DNA of 63,147 nt, filler included, from Parasitella parasitica NRRL 2501 (taxonomy: Eukaryota > Fungi > Mucoromycota): NCBI GenBank assembly GCA_025201805.1. It is 5 parts of 5 records of this genome, joined end to end, with 100 filler letters (N's around TTAATTAATTAA, not from the genome) between each part and the next. Parts side by side here need not be neighbours in the genome. Positions count along the whole stretch, not along the records: positions 25,258 to 53,588 come from MU619388.1; positions 53,689 to 55,843 come from MU619577.1; positions 55,944 to 61,592 come from MU619250.1; positions 61,693 to 63,147 come from MU619301.1; 1 more part is not named here. The stretch is one strand, 5' to 3'. Below the pieces are notes generated by a model, which was given only the letters and a program-made list of their open reading frames with translations, did not search any database and was not told where the DNA came from. Of the stretch, positions 51,267-62,345 are shown in pieces; within the stretch, counting starts at the first letter, position 1; each line of letters starts with the position of its first letter. The position numbers were made by a program, and so were the translations under genes.

Positions 51267-51895
51267 CTAGCTGACCTGCTCAATTTTTCTATAAATGCTA
51301 ATCAAGTATTCAATGTTCTTTTATTGTTATTATTTATAATTTAAAGTATTATGAGTATTGTTGTGCAAATGACCTTCTTGTCCACAGCTTGAACAAACAG
51401 GGCTGCTAGTTGTTGCATCATTAGCGCTGATTGTTTCTGCTTGCTGATCTACTTCCATAGTTTCAGGTTGAGGCCCTAGTTTATACAAAAAGTTCGATTA
51501 TGATTGTAGAATGAAAACAAATTTGAGACATACGATTAGCAATGTTGTTAGCGCAATCACGATGAGAAGATCAACGATGGCCTATACCACCACAGCTTGC
51601 GCAAGTGCTACTGTTAGGACGGGTATTATTGAGGCAAAGCCTGCTTGTAGAACGTAAATGGCCTTCTTGACCACAGCTTAAACAAATTCTAATAGCAGGC
51701 ATTTTGTTCGTTACAATTCGTTATAGTAATTCGTTATGATAAAAAGTGTCCAAATAAAAAGTGTCATATTGAAAAGTTTCAATTTTTTATTGATTAAATA
51801 AACTGAGCTAAAACGTGAATGGCCTTGTTGACCACAGCTTGAGCAGATTCCAATAGCAGGCATTTTGTTTTCGTAGTAATAAAAAGTGTCATTAT
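51267..51895 (-). mobile_element. Degenerate zinc-knuckle repeat coding fragment, probably a Helitron-like remnant
   Basis: Four CxxCGxxGH units on the minus strand (MPAIGICSSCGQQGHSR; MPAIRICLSCGQEGHLRSTSRLCLNN; TCASCGGIGHR*; VCSSCGQEGHLH) with a stop, an intron and a tandem duplication. Possible CTAG 3' end at 51267. The Helitron assignment is from recall of the family. Confidence 0.45.
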
Positions 51896-51916
51896 TAATT
51901 GAATCAACTGAGCTTC

Positions 51917-53482
51917 CAGTTGAAAAAATAAAAATCAAGCACTAACCAAAAAAAATTCCAAGCACTAACTAAAAAAAATTTCAAGCATTAATAAAATAAA
52001 AATTCTAGCACAAAATGAATAAAAATTCAAGCACCAAATGAAGCACATTAAAATTTATTAAATGGGTTTTCTGTTTAAGCAATCATCAAATTTCCCTACT
52101 GAATATCTACAAAAGCCTTGCCTTGATTTTGGAAGATAATGTCTCCTCCTTCAAAAGTGCTTCTCTCTTTACTTTACTTTTGCATACTGACCAAAATTGC
52201 TCAATGGGATTAAGTTCAGGTGAGTAAGGCGGAAGGTAAACGCATCCATAGCCATGGGACTCAATGTACTTTCTGATATCAATGTGGTTGTGAATGGGAC
52301 AGTTGTCCATTGTCAGATAATGACCTCTGAACTCTTCGTATTGATTCATTATTTGTATGGTCTCAGCTACAAAATTGAGATAGTGTCCACCTTTCCCTTT
52401 CTCTTTCTCCGGTTTTTTTATAGCTCCACCTGGCCCTTTTCTCTTCTTTGAATTTGAGGCAACAACGACTTTAGGAACCTTCAATTGCACGTTAATTACA
52501 CCCAAGGGTGATATTGCCCCTATGATAGTATGAGATGTCGCTCTCGTTTTGGGAATTTCCACTATTGGAGTCTCGCCCACTGGTGCCCATGCCATACTAC
52601 GTTTCATGTTAATGTTGAAGCCCGACTCATTGATGAAAACACAATTGGTCATGTAATCTACATCAGTCTTCAGAAGTTCGGTAACCCATTGAAATCTAGC
52701 CTCTATCTTTGTATCACTGTTGCGCTCTGCAGGTCGGAAAAGAGCTCTCTTCACTGACATACCACAGTGAGCGGTGACGTATTTATAAAGGGAAGATCTC
52801 GATATGTCTAAGTTCGTGAACTGACTAGTAAGTCCATCCATCATCTCATCCAGAACAATACCTGGCTTTTGGTCAATAGGGTTTACGAGATATTCCTTTT
52901 GTTCTGAGTTTATTGTCAAAGGTCTTCCAACTGGTCTTCCACTTCCTGGTTTTCTCAAGTATAGATCTTCTCCACTCTCTATGCTTTTTTGACCTTTCGT
53001 ATACCATGTTTGAGCAGTACCTGGGGGTATTTTCAATTCTTTGGCAGCTCCACGAATTGACATATTCTTCTCAAATACAAGGAAATAAAACTTCTCCATA
53101 TCTTCTTTCTTTATATTTTCGGTATGTTCTCTCCGTCTTCTTCTCAGGTTTCGCTTCCGACTTAGAACTTGTCTCTTCGACTTAGTTCGCTTTTTTTGGT
53201 TTCTCGGGCGGTTTGAGATCCAAGTAAGAAGAGAAAGTGGTTATTGAGGTCAAGGGGTACTTCTCATTGTCAACCTCCATCTGGTATTCGATAACTTTGT
53301 TGCCATTTTCATCAGTTAACTTCCCACTACCATCGTCAAAATAAATTGTGGCCATCTGAAAGTAACTAAGAATTCTTAGGAAAATAAAAGTGAAGTAAAC
53401 GTAACAACGTTGTGCATTTTATTAATGCTTGAAGCTTTTTTTAATTAGTGCTTTTAGTGCTTGATTTTTATTTTTTCAACTG
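51917..53482 (-). mobile_element. Tc1/mariner (IS630-like, DD34E) DNA transposon with perfect 29-bp TIRs
   Basis: CAGTTGAAAAAATAAAAATCAAGCACTAA (51917-51945) is the exact reverse complement of 53454-53482. Repeated AAGCAC sub-terminal motifs. Encloses the transposase. Confidence 0.88.
52058..53355 (-). pseudogene. Inactivated Tc1-type transposase
   Basis: HTH (SIRGAAKELKIP), CVFINESGF (first catalytic D replaced by N), MDNCPIH...LPPYSPELNPIE (D34E). In-frame TAA at 53182-53184, +1 frameshift near 53110, frameshifted C-terminus (FCRYSVGKFDDCLNRKPI*). Confidence 0.88.
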
Positions 53483-53918
53483 CTTGAACAACACAAGACC
53501 AACCTGGACCAACCTGGACCAACCTTTTCTTAAAATCACTGGTATACCAAATTACAGCCAATCAGGGATTTGTATGTGGACCAACCTGNNNNNNNNNNNN
53601 NNNNNNNNNNNNNNNNNNNNNNNNNNNNNNNNTTAATTAATTAANNNNNNNNNNNNNNNNNNNNNNNNNNNNNNNNNNNNNNNNNNNNACTGTTGCATGG
53701 TTTCCAGTCTTGAATAGCACGTATTTTTTCAGGGTCCATAGAGATACCATTTGCATTGATAATGAAACCTAGGAAAGAAACTGAAGAGACACCAAACTCG
53801 CATTTTTCCAGTTTTAGAGACAAATTGGCTTCCTGAAGTTTCTTGAGAACGAGACGCACATGTTGAGTATGATCTTCCTGTGTTTTGCTGAATACTAAAA
53901 TGTCGTCCAAGTAAACCA

Positions 53919-55337
53919 CTATGAATTGATTTGCTTGACGGGCGACGGAATAGGGCAACAAAAATCAACATTATCACAGTTGATGGTTGTGATTTTCTTG
54001 GCAATGTCAATGTTGATTCCATGCTTGGAGACCCAGTCCATTCCCAAAATGACATCAAAGCTGCTACGAGGGACTACGTGAAGATCATGGAATTCAGAGT
54101 GGAAAATAGTGTTGCTCAAACGAATCTTGGTGTTGACAATTGCGGTAGAGATGATCGTTTCTCCATTACCCAAAGTAAACGAGATTGGGCATCCTTCAGG
54201 CTTTACAAGTAGGCCCAGAGACGTAACCAGCTGTTCACTAACAATAGAGTGAGAGGCACCAGTGTCTAAGAGGGCTTGCACATATTGAAACTTCCGAGGC
54301 TGCGGGAGACCAAACGCGATTGGTACAAGAAGCATTCCATTCTTTTCATGCGGGATTTCTACATGTACGTGGTTTTCAGTATCCCGAATTGTTTTTACCG
54401 GTGGATATTTGCCAAAATCTTTATGATAACAATCTCGGTGGAAGACATTCAAGTAGCCAGACCTGACCTTGGTGCATTGATTGCGGAAATGACCCGTTTC
54501 ACCACAGTAATAGCACGCTTTTGAAGTTTGGCGACGTTCTCGTTCTTCCTTGGAGACTTGATGATGACGAAGTGGTTTAGGGTCAACATCCATAGCTGAA
54601 GTAGTAGGAGTTGGTGTAGCAGAAGGTAGAACAAGACGACGTTCACGAGGGCCTCGGACCAACTTATTGTCTATGTCAATTGCCTCAAGAATCAAATTGT
54701 CCAAAGTGTCGCAATCATCTCGACGTGCCAATTCATTTTGAACGGACGAGTTCAAATTTACCTTGAATTGCGACATTAATGCAGCATCATTCCATTTGAC
54801 AGCTTGGGCAAACATGCGAAACTTTGTGGCATATAAAGCAACGGTTGAGTCTTGGCGAAGACGACGAAGTTGCATTTCAGCGGTGACTATAGGGTCAGAA
54901 TCCCCAAACGCGGCAGTAACATTTGATTTGAACATTGAATAGTTGGAAAGAATTTCTGGTTTGGGAGTTTCACCTAATTGCGATACAAAAGGTTCCAAAA
55001 ACGCGAAGACAGGGCCAGACACGCACGAGATAGCCAACATAATTTTCTTTTCGTCGCTGTCATAGGTGGGATTTGCTGCAAAATACAGAGACAATTGGGA
55101 GAAGAAGGTACTACACATGCTGGAACGGCCGTCAAATGTTGGAGGTAACCGAACCTTGACACCACTAGTGGCATTGTCAATACCCGTACGCATTTGCTGT
55201 AGTAAGTCACAGCGGTGGTCAGTAGCAATAACACGATCACGTAAGTCTTGAAGTTGACCTGGGAGGGTGTCTTGTAGGGCCCGAAATTGTGAGATTACCT
55301 CATGCAAGGTTTGTATTTGCTCTTCTGTTAAAGACAT
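53919..55337 (-). CDS. Gag-protease of the Ty3/gypsy element
   Basis: 472-aa ORF with capsid, CCHC knuckle and DTG aspartic protease in one frame. Confidence 0.88.
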   Translation of the reverse strand: MSLTEEQIQTLHEVISQFRALQDTLPGQLQDLRDRVIATDHRCDLLQQMRTGIDNATSGVKVRLPPTFDGRSSMCSTFFSQLSLYFAANPTYDSDEKKIMLAISCVSGPVFAFLEPFVSQLGETPKPEILSNYSMFKSNVTAAFGDSDPIVTAEMQLRRLRQDSTVALYATKFRMFAQAVKWNDAALMSQFKVNLNSSVQNELARRDDCDTLDNLILEAIDIDNKLVRGPRERRLVLPSATPTPTTSAMDVDPKPLRHHQVSKEERERRQTSKACYYCGETGHFRNQCTKVRSGYLNVFHRDCYHKDFGKYPPVKTIRDTENHVHVEIPHEKNGMLLVPIAFGLPQPRKFQYVQALLDTGASHSIVSEQLVTSLGLLVKPEGCPISFTLGNGETIISTAIVNTKIRLSNTIFHSEFHDLHVVPRSSFDVILGMDWVSKHGINIDIAKKITTINCDNVDFCCPIPSPVKQINS

Positions 55338-55548
55338 AGTGAAGGTAGACTAATAACAAAACTTGAATAATTTGATAGATTTACTTTCCTGGTGTATGAG
55401 CTTGGTAAAATTATAGACTTAACAATGTAAACAGGAACGGGCAGACGAGAACAACAACAGTAGCAGAAACAATAGTATACTTGAACTAGAACGTGACAAG
55501 AAGAGACCAGAGAGAAACTTGAATAGGGGGTTGGGTGGTGGATTATAA

Positions 55549-55815
55549 TGTCAGGAACTTGGCGACAGTTATAATCAAATAGTTTTATAAGAAGAGATGA
55601 TTATCTTTATTATTTAGAATACAAGATAATCCACACTGGGAAAAGGAAAGAGACGAAAAACATGGACTATTTATACTTTTTGGAGACATGAGTGCGGACA
55701 TCATGTCCGCGACATTAGCATGGGAAACGTTGCTTAGTCATTATTACGTGAGGAAGGATTAGTAATCTCAATGACTAATCCTTATCATGGTGAGACACGG
55801 AGTTAGGTGCCGACA
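55549..55815 (-). repeat. LTR (267 bp)
   Basis: Minus strand begins TGTCGGCACCT and ends AGTTCCTGACA (imperfect inverted termini). TATAAATA at 55675-55668. Internal hairpins GCGGACA-TCA-TGTCCGC and AAGGATTAGT/ACTAATCCTT. Confidence 0.85.
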
Positions 55816-56413
55816 GACTATAAATAGGTTTATGGGTTAACCTNNNNNNNNNNNNNNNNNNNNNNNNNNNNNNNNNNNNNNNNNNNNTTAATTAATTAAN
55901 NNNNNNNNNNNNNNNNNNNNNNNNNNNNNNNNNNNNNNNNNNNGTCGTGTCAAGTGGATGGCCTATCACTGAAATTTGACATTAGCTCTTTATCCGGGTC
56001 ATACAGGAGCATGTAGGCTGTTTCTACTCATTAACTGTGCTTACCCTAGCAGTTCTTGAGATGGGCCATTTTATCCAAAGCTACCAAGTGTGGTAAGGCA
56101 CTTTTTGGCTGCTTAGGGGTGGTATTGCTTGAAATTCTACCAAATTCTATTTTTGGTCGGATTTCAAGCTCCGCCTAACATCAAAACAGGGAGAAACCCT
56201 GTTTTTTTGTTTTTAGGATTTTGGTGTTGACTTAGCCAAACTAATCCTGATTTTATGAGAAAAACAGAAATGAAAAAAAAAAAATAATAAACAGAATTAA
56301 AAATACATAATCATCGTCCCACTTTATTTTAGCATAGTCAATCAGCATGCCAGTACTTACATTAAAACTTGGAGCTGGTTTACAACAAACTAATAATGCT
56401 TTTTTGCCCCATT

Positions 56414-58106
56414 TGTTATATCAATAACATGGCAAAGTCTCACATCAGGATCTCAGATCAGTCCCAGAGTGTCTTACAGTAAATTATGGTGGGTAGTCAT
56501 GATTTTCATTATGCAGCTAGAAAGTAAAACCCTAGTGTAATGAATGTGTATATAATACATAGAGAGATGTATTATAAATAAAAATGTAATTCTTCGGCAG
56601 ATTTATTTTATCAGACTTTTGACATATCACTTTTTTAAATCGCCTTAAAATTTTTACACTTAACATTTTAAACAAATCAATGACAATGTATTCAAACATC
56701 AGCAACAACGAAATTAACAATAAGACCACTTATGCTGAAATGGCAAGTCGTCCTGCTAGATCTCGTCGTCAGAGTTCCAACTCTACGAAATCTGTGGCTG
56801 ATGTCCAAGTTGCTCTGTCTCCAAGACAGGCAACTATTAATCAAATTGCATCGAGCGATGTAATCGCTCTGCGTGAAGAATTAGCAGAAATTAACCGGGA
56901 ATTGAGTGAAGACGCTGTTTCCGATGATCGGAATACTATCATGATGACCGATACTAGTAGTGAAGTAGATCTCAACAATGATGATCATTTCGAACCCTTA
57001 AGCAAGAAACACTAAGAGAAGCTCTTGCAAGAGGTAGCTAAGCTCCAGACTAAGCTGTGCAGAGCTGCGAAATTGGCAATGCAGCATCCTCTTAACGATG
57101 CTCTCCAAAAGAAAAGTGTTTTAATATACAAAATAGATATACAATTAAAACTGGATATATTTATTCGTATATAAAAAATAAGATGATTGTTCTTTACACA
57201 ACATTTGCCTAGACTATTTATACTTTTCGAGTGCTGACATCGGTTGCATGCTTGTGGAATCGAGGCTTAATAAACTTGCAACAGATAGAACCAATTACTA
57301 GCCATGTGCTGCTAGTACAAGTAATCGTAAACCAGTTATTACCAGAAGGAGACAGGAAGTGCAATGAAATGGTATAACTAAAAGCAAGTAACTAAAAAAA
57401 AAATAAGACTCGAATGTCACGCATAGTCAATTCATGCCATTCGAGTTCGCATAACGTATTAAGTCATATAAATCAAATCGAATTACAAATACAATTTAAG
57501 ACCTTATCAATGAATGTCGTGTGAAGAAAAACACTCCTGATCAAAGTGCTTTCCCTTACACAATAGACATTCAGAATAAGAATAATAATGACAAAGATAT
57601 CAATTATGGCAGCTCGTCATTCAATGAGTTTTTCCCATCATTCTAGATAAGGATATCTTTAACAGAATAACTAAAGTATGACGATAGCCATCCTAACACG
57701 GCCAACCAATGTTACGCAAATCTCCATCAATGGTGAAAGCATTCAGCATCATTTGCTTCTCCTTAAAACCTAAAATTAAACGACGACAAATTAACGCATT
57801 GACTCTAGAATCAATGCTTCATTCATGGGAACTGATATACAACAATTCAAATCCTATAAATACTAAGATGTTTTTCTCTAGATAAAACCTCAGTGTTATG
57901 TCAAAAATCTGATAAAATAAATCTGCCAAAGAATTACATCATTATTCAGAATATATCTCTCGTTGTATATCATATACACATTCATTACACTAGGGTTCTA
58001 CTGTCTAGCTGCATAATGTAAATCATGACTACCCATGACTTACTGTAAGACCCTGGGACTGATGTGAGATCCTGATGTGAGACCTTGCCATGTTATTGAT
58101 ATAACA
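56414..58106. mobile_element. Foldback element: ~215-bp diverged inverted repeats with TGTTA...TAACA termini around ~1.25 kb containing a decayed ORF
   Basis: 56414-~56631 is the approximate reverse complement of ~57892-58106. Internal coiled-coil ORF 56680-57015 reads on past a stop. No TSD seen. Confidence 0.75.
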
Positions 58107-60154
58107 CTCAGTATACTTTTATAATAAAGAACCCCAAACTTGATTTTAATTGTATTTTCATATCGCTTTTATTTTTTATATATTTTTTTTTATTTTGATG
58201 TATATTTCAGATATTTCAATACAATAAAAAGAGAATTGTAATAATTCATAGCTTTCAACTGTATCCGAACAATAAAAGAAGTATCTCGTTTATTATGATA
58301 TAAATACAGGGTATTTATATCTTCAATTATTTACTACAACTGAGATGGTAGCTGTAATAACCAATAGATTAATGTGATAGTATGTTGTCACTGTTAAAAC
58401 GATTTCTTTAATCAAATACGCACTTTAAGCATACACGAATTGCTATTTGAAGATAAAAAGTGAAGCATCAATTTATTCATTTAATTAATATTGAATGGTA
58501 CGAATTCATTTGTGCATTTGTTAGCTTTAGGTAGCAGTAGTATCCTATATATTCCAACATACAGTGTAAAAAGGTAACAACAAAAACACGTTAAAAACAA
58601 GGATAATGTGTGAGCAAAAAAAACTACAAGAAAGACAATATTTAATTTACATTTGGAACATTTAAATGGAATAAAAGTAGAAAACGTATACTTTTTTTTA
58701 AAGAAAAGATGGAATGGATATGCATTTTGAAAAGAAAAGCATTATGGTTTTCATTGCTGATACAATGCATTTCGTTTTTCTTGTTGTGCAGCTAAAATTA
58801 GGCACTACAGATATGGCACATGTTCCGTTGCACTGATTTTGGTATGTGACACAGCTCAATATAAACAGTGAAAAAATTTTTTTTTATCTTTTTACATTTA
58901 TCTTTTGTTCTCTTCCTCTTATTTATCAAAATACTGCCACTACTTACTGATATAACAACAAAAGCAGATTAAAACCAATCAATTCAAATTATAAACGCGA
59001 ATTCAATCTTAGTTGTCGATAAACTGGTAGGCTATTATCGCGATAAACAACAAAATCATTTCTCACGCCGGGCATTTTAACGGTATTCGTAACCTGTTTG
59101 CAACCAAAATTCAACAAAAAAAGCTATAAAGGCATATCAATTACAGCAAATTAATGCAACATCTAATCATCTGAAAGTTTTAGTCGCTAAAATTCAACAT
59201 CTGTGAGTAGATTGTGAATTTATTGCAAATCGTAAAAAAAAAAAAAAAAAAATGGACAAGGAGGTATGCGGGTGAAAACATGTTGGACTTTATTTTTTGT
59301 TGGAAAATGCTGATTTCAAGAGTAGGAAAACGAAGATGGCAGTATTGGATGAAGGGATAAAGTGAAATAATATGTAAATGATGGATCAAGAGTACATTAT
59401 ATGTCGGTTGTGGACTGGTTAACGCTGTAATGTAAGTACAGACATGGTAATTGTCTATATTTTGGGGTGTGGTAAAATGAATACGATTAAAATTCAATGG
59501 TGGACATTTGAAACAAAAAATGTACATGTCTTTTAAATGTCTTTTAAATGTCTTATGTTGTGATGAACCATTATAACAATAAAAAATGAAAAATGCAAAT
59601 CGAATTTGGGATGTAAATGTATGATAACTCAATATCATCTGCTGTGATCAATGTCTTTAAATATTTCAAATGAATGTAGACATGTTGCATTATAAATCGC
59701 ACTGTGTTTTTTAGATCTTCTATAGAAAATACATTAATAATAAAAGTATCAACATGGATTAATTGCATTCTGTGCAAAATATCAAGTATTCTACTAGTTA
59801 TTTTTATGTGATGTAGTATGTATATGATGAAAATCTCCTATTAACTGAAGAACATCTTTTTTTATTGCCTTGGTGTTACCTTTTCAGTAATTTTTTTGAG
59901 TTCTTGGTGACGAATTAAGCACTCTTCTTATTCACAGTGATATTCTTAAATGCTTGGTGATGAATCAATCACTTATTCTATTTTTAGTGATTGTTTTTAA
60001 AGTTTAGTGATGAATAAACGTCTGATCGCAATTTTTTGAGCATAACGTCAATGGAAAATGGTTCGCGGAAAACTAAAAGGGAGTTCTAATTGAAGTTTAC
60101 GATGTTTGAGTGATTGAGTTCTACATTTTGTGTGTAAAATCTAATCACTGGTCC

Positions 60155-60550
60155 TTATTTTGGACACCTAGTTGCTAAAGCATCACCAGTAGTTAGGATT
60201 TTATCACACAAGTTGGCCATGGTGCTTAGCCGAGAGATTTCAGCATGGGCAGACTCTAGACGACTCAAACGATTGCGAACTTCGAGAACGAAGGACGCAA
60301 TGTTCAAGTCGCCCTCAGAAGAGGCAGATGGGAGGGCAGTGACACCGAAATCAATCATATCTGGTGTTGATAGATTCATTCGGGCAGGAGGAGCGGGCTT
60401 GGGATCTCCAAATGTTGTTGAGGATCTTTTGGACTTTATTTGTTGTACGAGATCAAACGCAAATAAAGGTGGAGATCGAGACTGATCTGCCATAATTATA
60501 GACAGAAGATCATGACAATGTACTTCAATTGAAGATTGAAGATTGTCCAA
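60155..60550 (-). mobile_element. Probable non-LTR retrotransposon ORF1 N-terminal fragment
   Basis: Low-complexity then coiled-coil (EVRNRLSRLESAHAEISRL) ORF in TE context. Assignment by resemblance only. Confidence 0.35.
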
Positions 60551-60714
60551 TGATGTGATGTGATACGCTTGTGTAAATTGGAGAATAAAGTCTCTGTTTC
60601 AAATCAAGAAGGTTATTCCTGTAAGTAACACAGATCTGAGCACCAGGATAAAGGTTAAGGCTCTGTCAGATCAAAGACGTGTAGCCCTTGCTATATAACC
60701 TCATATCGTACCCT

Positions 60715-60891
60715 GTCAAGTAGATTGTCACTGTGAATTAGTCTTGTCAATTAGTAATCTAAATAAGTCACCATAAATTTATGTAGTTGTAAAAAGTATA
60801 AATAGCAGATGCAATTTCGATCTTAAATAAAGTATCTTTAGTTTTCGTATCTCGTTAACCTTTGGTTTTTTTATTATCTTTTTGATCCAAC
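60715..60891 (+). repeat. Solo-LTR-like repeat (TGTCAAG...GATCCAACA), with an inverted diverged copy at ~62198-62345
   Basis: TG...CA termini with TATAAATA and AATAAA inside. Blocks TAAATAAGTCACCA.AAATTTATGT.GTTGTAAA and GTTTTCGTATCTCGTTAA recur reverse-complemented at 62246-62328. Confidence 0.6.
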
Positions 60892-61386
60892 AGAGACGAA
60901 ATAGGCCGTTTCAAGCCAGAAAAAAGAGAATCCAAAGGCAACGAAGTAGGTGAGCTAATTTTCTCGAAGGATGCAATGATGAAGCTTTTATCGAGATGGA
61001 TGGATGAAGTGTTATACAATTTCTTACAAAAAGTGAATGTTCCAAATTAGGCAAAAAATTGGAAAGGAGAAAGAAAGGTGCCGGGCTAGCTCAGTTTAAA
61101 GAGGTTTTTATTATTATATACATGAATTCAAATGGGCACTCGATATGAGCATAAGCCTGGAATTCCAGAAGATAACAAAGAAATAGTGACAAAAACCCTT
61201 ATCAGAACACTAGCATAATATTAAAGGGAAAAAAAAGTAAAGGGAATAGTAGGAAATGAGCGGCTTGAATACTGGTAGGTTGATTTTGATCTTGAGGGAA
61301 CACCAACGGCTGGGAACTTTGATATAACTTACCACCGAGGCACCGCACAAAGAAGACAAAACAACAAACTTTCTCCAATGACAAGT

Positions 61387-61592
61387 TTATCCAGCAGAAA
61401 ACCATGATGATCCGGGATCTGGATCAAAGGCAATCACAGCCGAAGGATGTACAAGACAATCAATAGCATGTAGCAGTGCAAGCAGCGCAGACCAGTACTC
61501 CGGGGGACCAGAAGATGCCTTCACTGGTAGACAGTTTAGAGCATTGTCGATTGGATGAACACCAGGAGCAGTAGACGGTAGCGCATCAAATA
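61387..61592 (-). mobile_element. C-terminal fragment of a non-LTR (LINE) reverse-transcriptase ORF2
   Basis: FDALPSTAPGVHPIDNALNCLP...PEYWSALLALLHAIDCLVHP...DPDPGSSW* resembles recalled C-termini of Mucorales LINE ORF2. Truncated by a gap. Confidence 0.5.
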
Positions 61593-62197
61593 NNNNNNNN
61601 NNNNNNNNNNNNNNNNNNNNNNNNNNNNNNNNNNNNTTAATTAATTAANNNNNNNNNNNNNNNNNNNNNNNNNNNNNNNNNNNNNNNNNNNNATTTTAGC
61701 AGAAATTATGAAAAAATTTCTGATATCCATGATAAATTGATTTATCAGAATGAGAAATTATTCAAATAAAACAGTTGTGAATTAATCAGGTAAAGATCTC
61801 GTTTATTACATGGAAAAAATGATGGTTTATATACTAGTGAATCTAAGTGGACTGATGGGAGGATAAGATACAAGTGTGAGACATGGTATGATTTAGAGAA
61901 TGGAACGATAGATCGTATCTATTATCCATGAACATGTCATGTTGAGTTATAAGTAAGGAACATGATCCATTGGGATATGTTCCTGAATTGTGTTCAGGAT
62001 TGAGTTTACTTGAGTTTAACTTCTGGTTGGGAAATTGACACAACAGTACGACTTTAATATATCAAGTAAGAGCATATTGTTGTTGGCGAAAGTGGCTACC
62101 AAAGGTTTCTATTCTTGCTAGATGTTTGAAAATTTATTAATTTCTGTTATTTTGTTTATTCAATTAAATGAACCAGAATTGAGAAAATAAGAAGATA

Positions 62198-62345
62198 TGT
62201 TGAGATCTGCAAGATCAAAATAAGAAAAGTATAATATAAAACGTTGAATTAACGAGATACGAAAACTTCAGATTACTTAATTAAAGATTCAACTTTACAA
62301 CAACATAAATTTTTGGTGACTTATTTAAAATACTAGTCGATACTA
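62198..62345 (-). repeat. Second, inverted copy of the LTR-like repeat
   Basis: Minus strand ends GATCTCAACA, compared with GATCCAACA in the 60715-60891 copy; internal blocks are shared. Confidence 0.55.

Larger units (their letters stand above)
53689..55815 (-). mobile_element. Ty3/gypsy LTR retrotransposon (Tf1/chromovirus-like), 5' part, internally deleted, truncated by a gap
   Basis: 5' LTR 55549-55815. Gag PPTFDG..., zinc knuckle [14 protein letters not shown], protease [12 protein letters not shown] fragment [11 protein letters not shown]...LKLEKCEF follows almost immediately. Confidence 0.92.

Noticed and set aside
53496-53588. GGACCAACCT short tandem repeats as a CRISPR-like or telomeric array
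   Set aside because: Only 3-4 short units with no spacers, in a eukaryotic TE context; most likely sub-terminal TE repeats cut by the gap.
59180-59777. 152-aa and 68-aa ORFs in AT-rich DNA
   Set aside because: Composition mirrors AT-rich non-coding or heavily decayed TE sequence; no recognisable motif.
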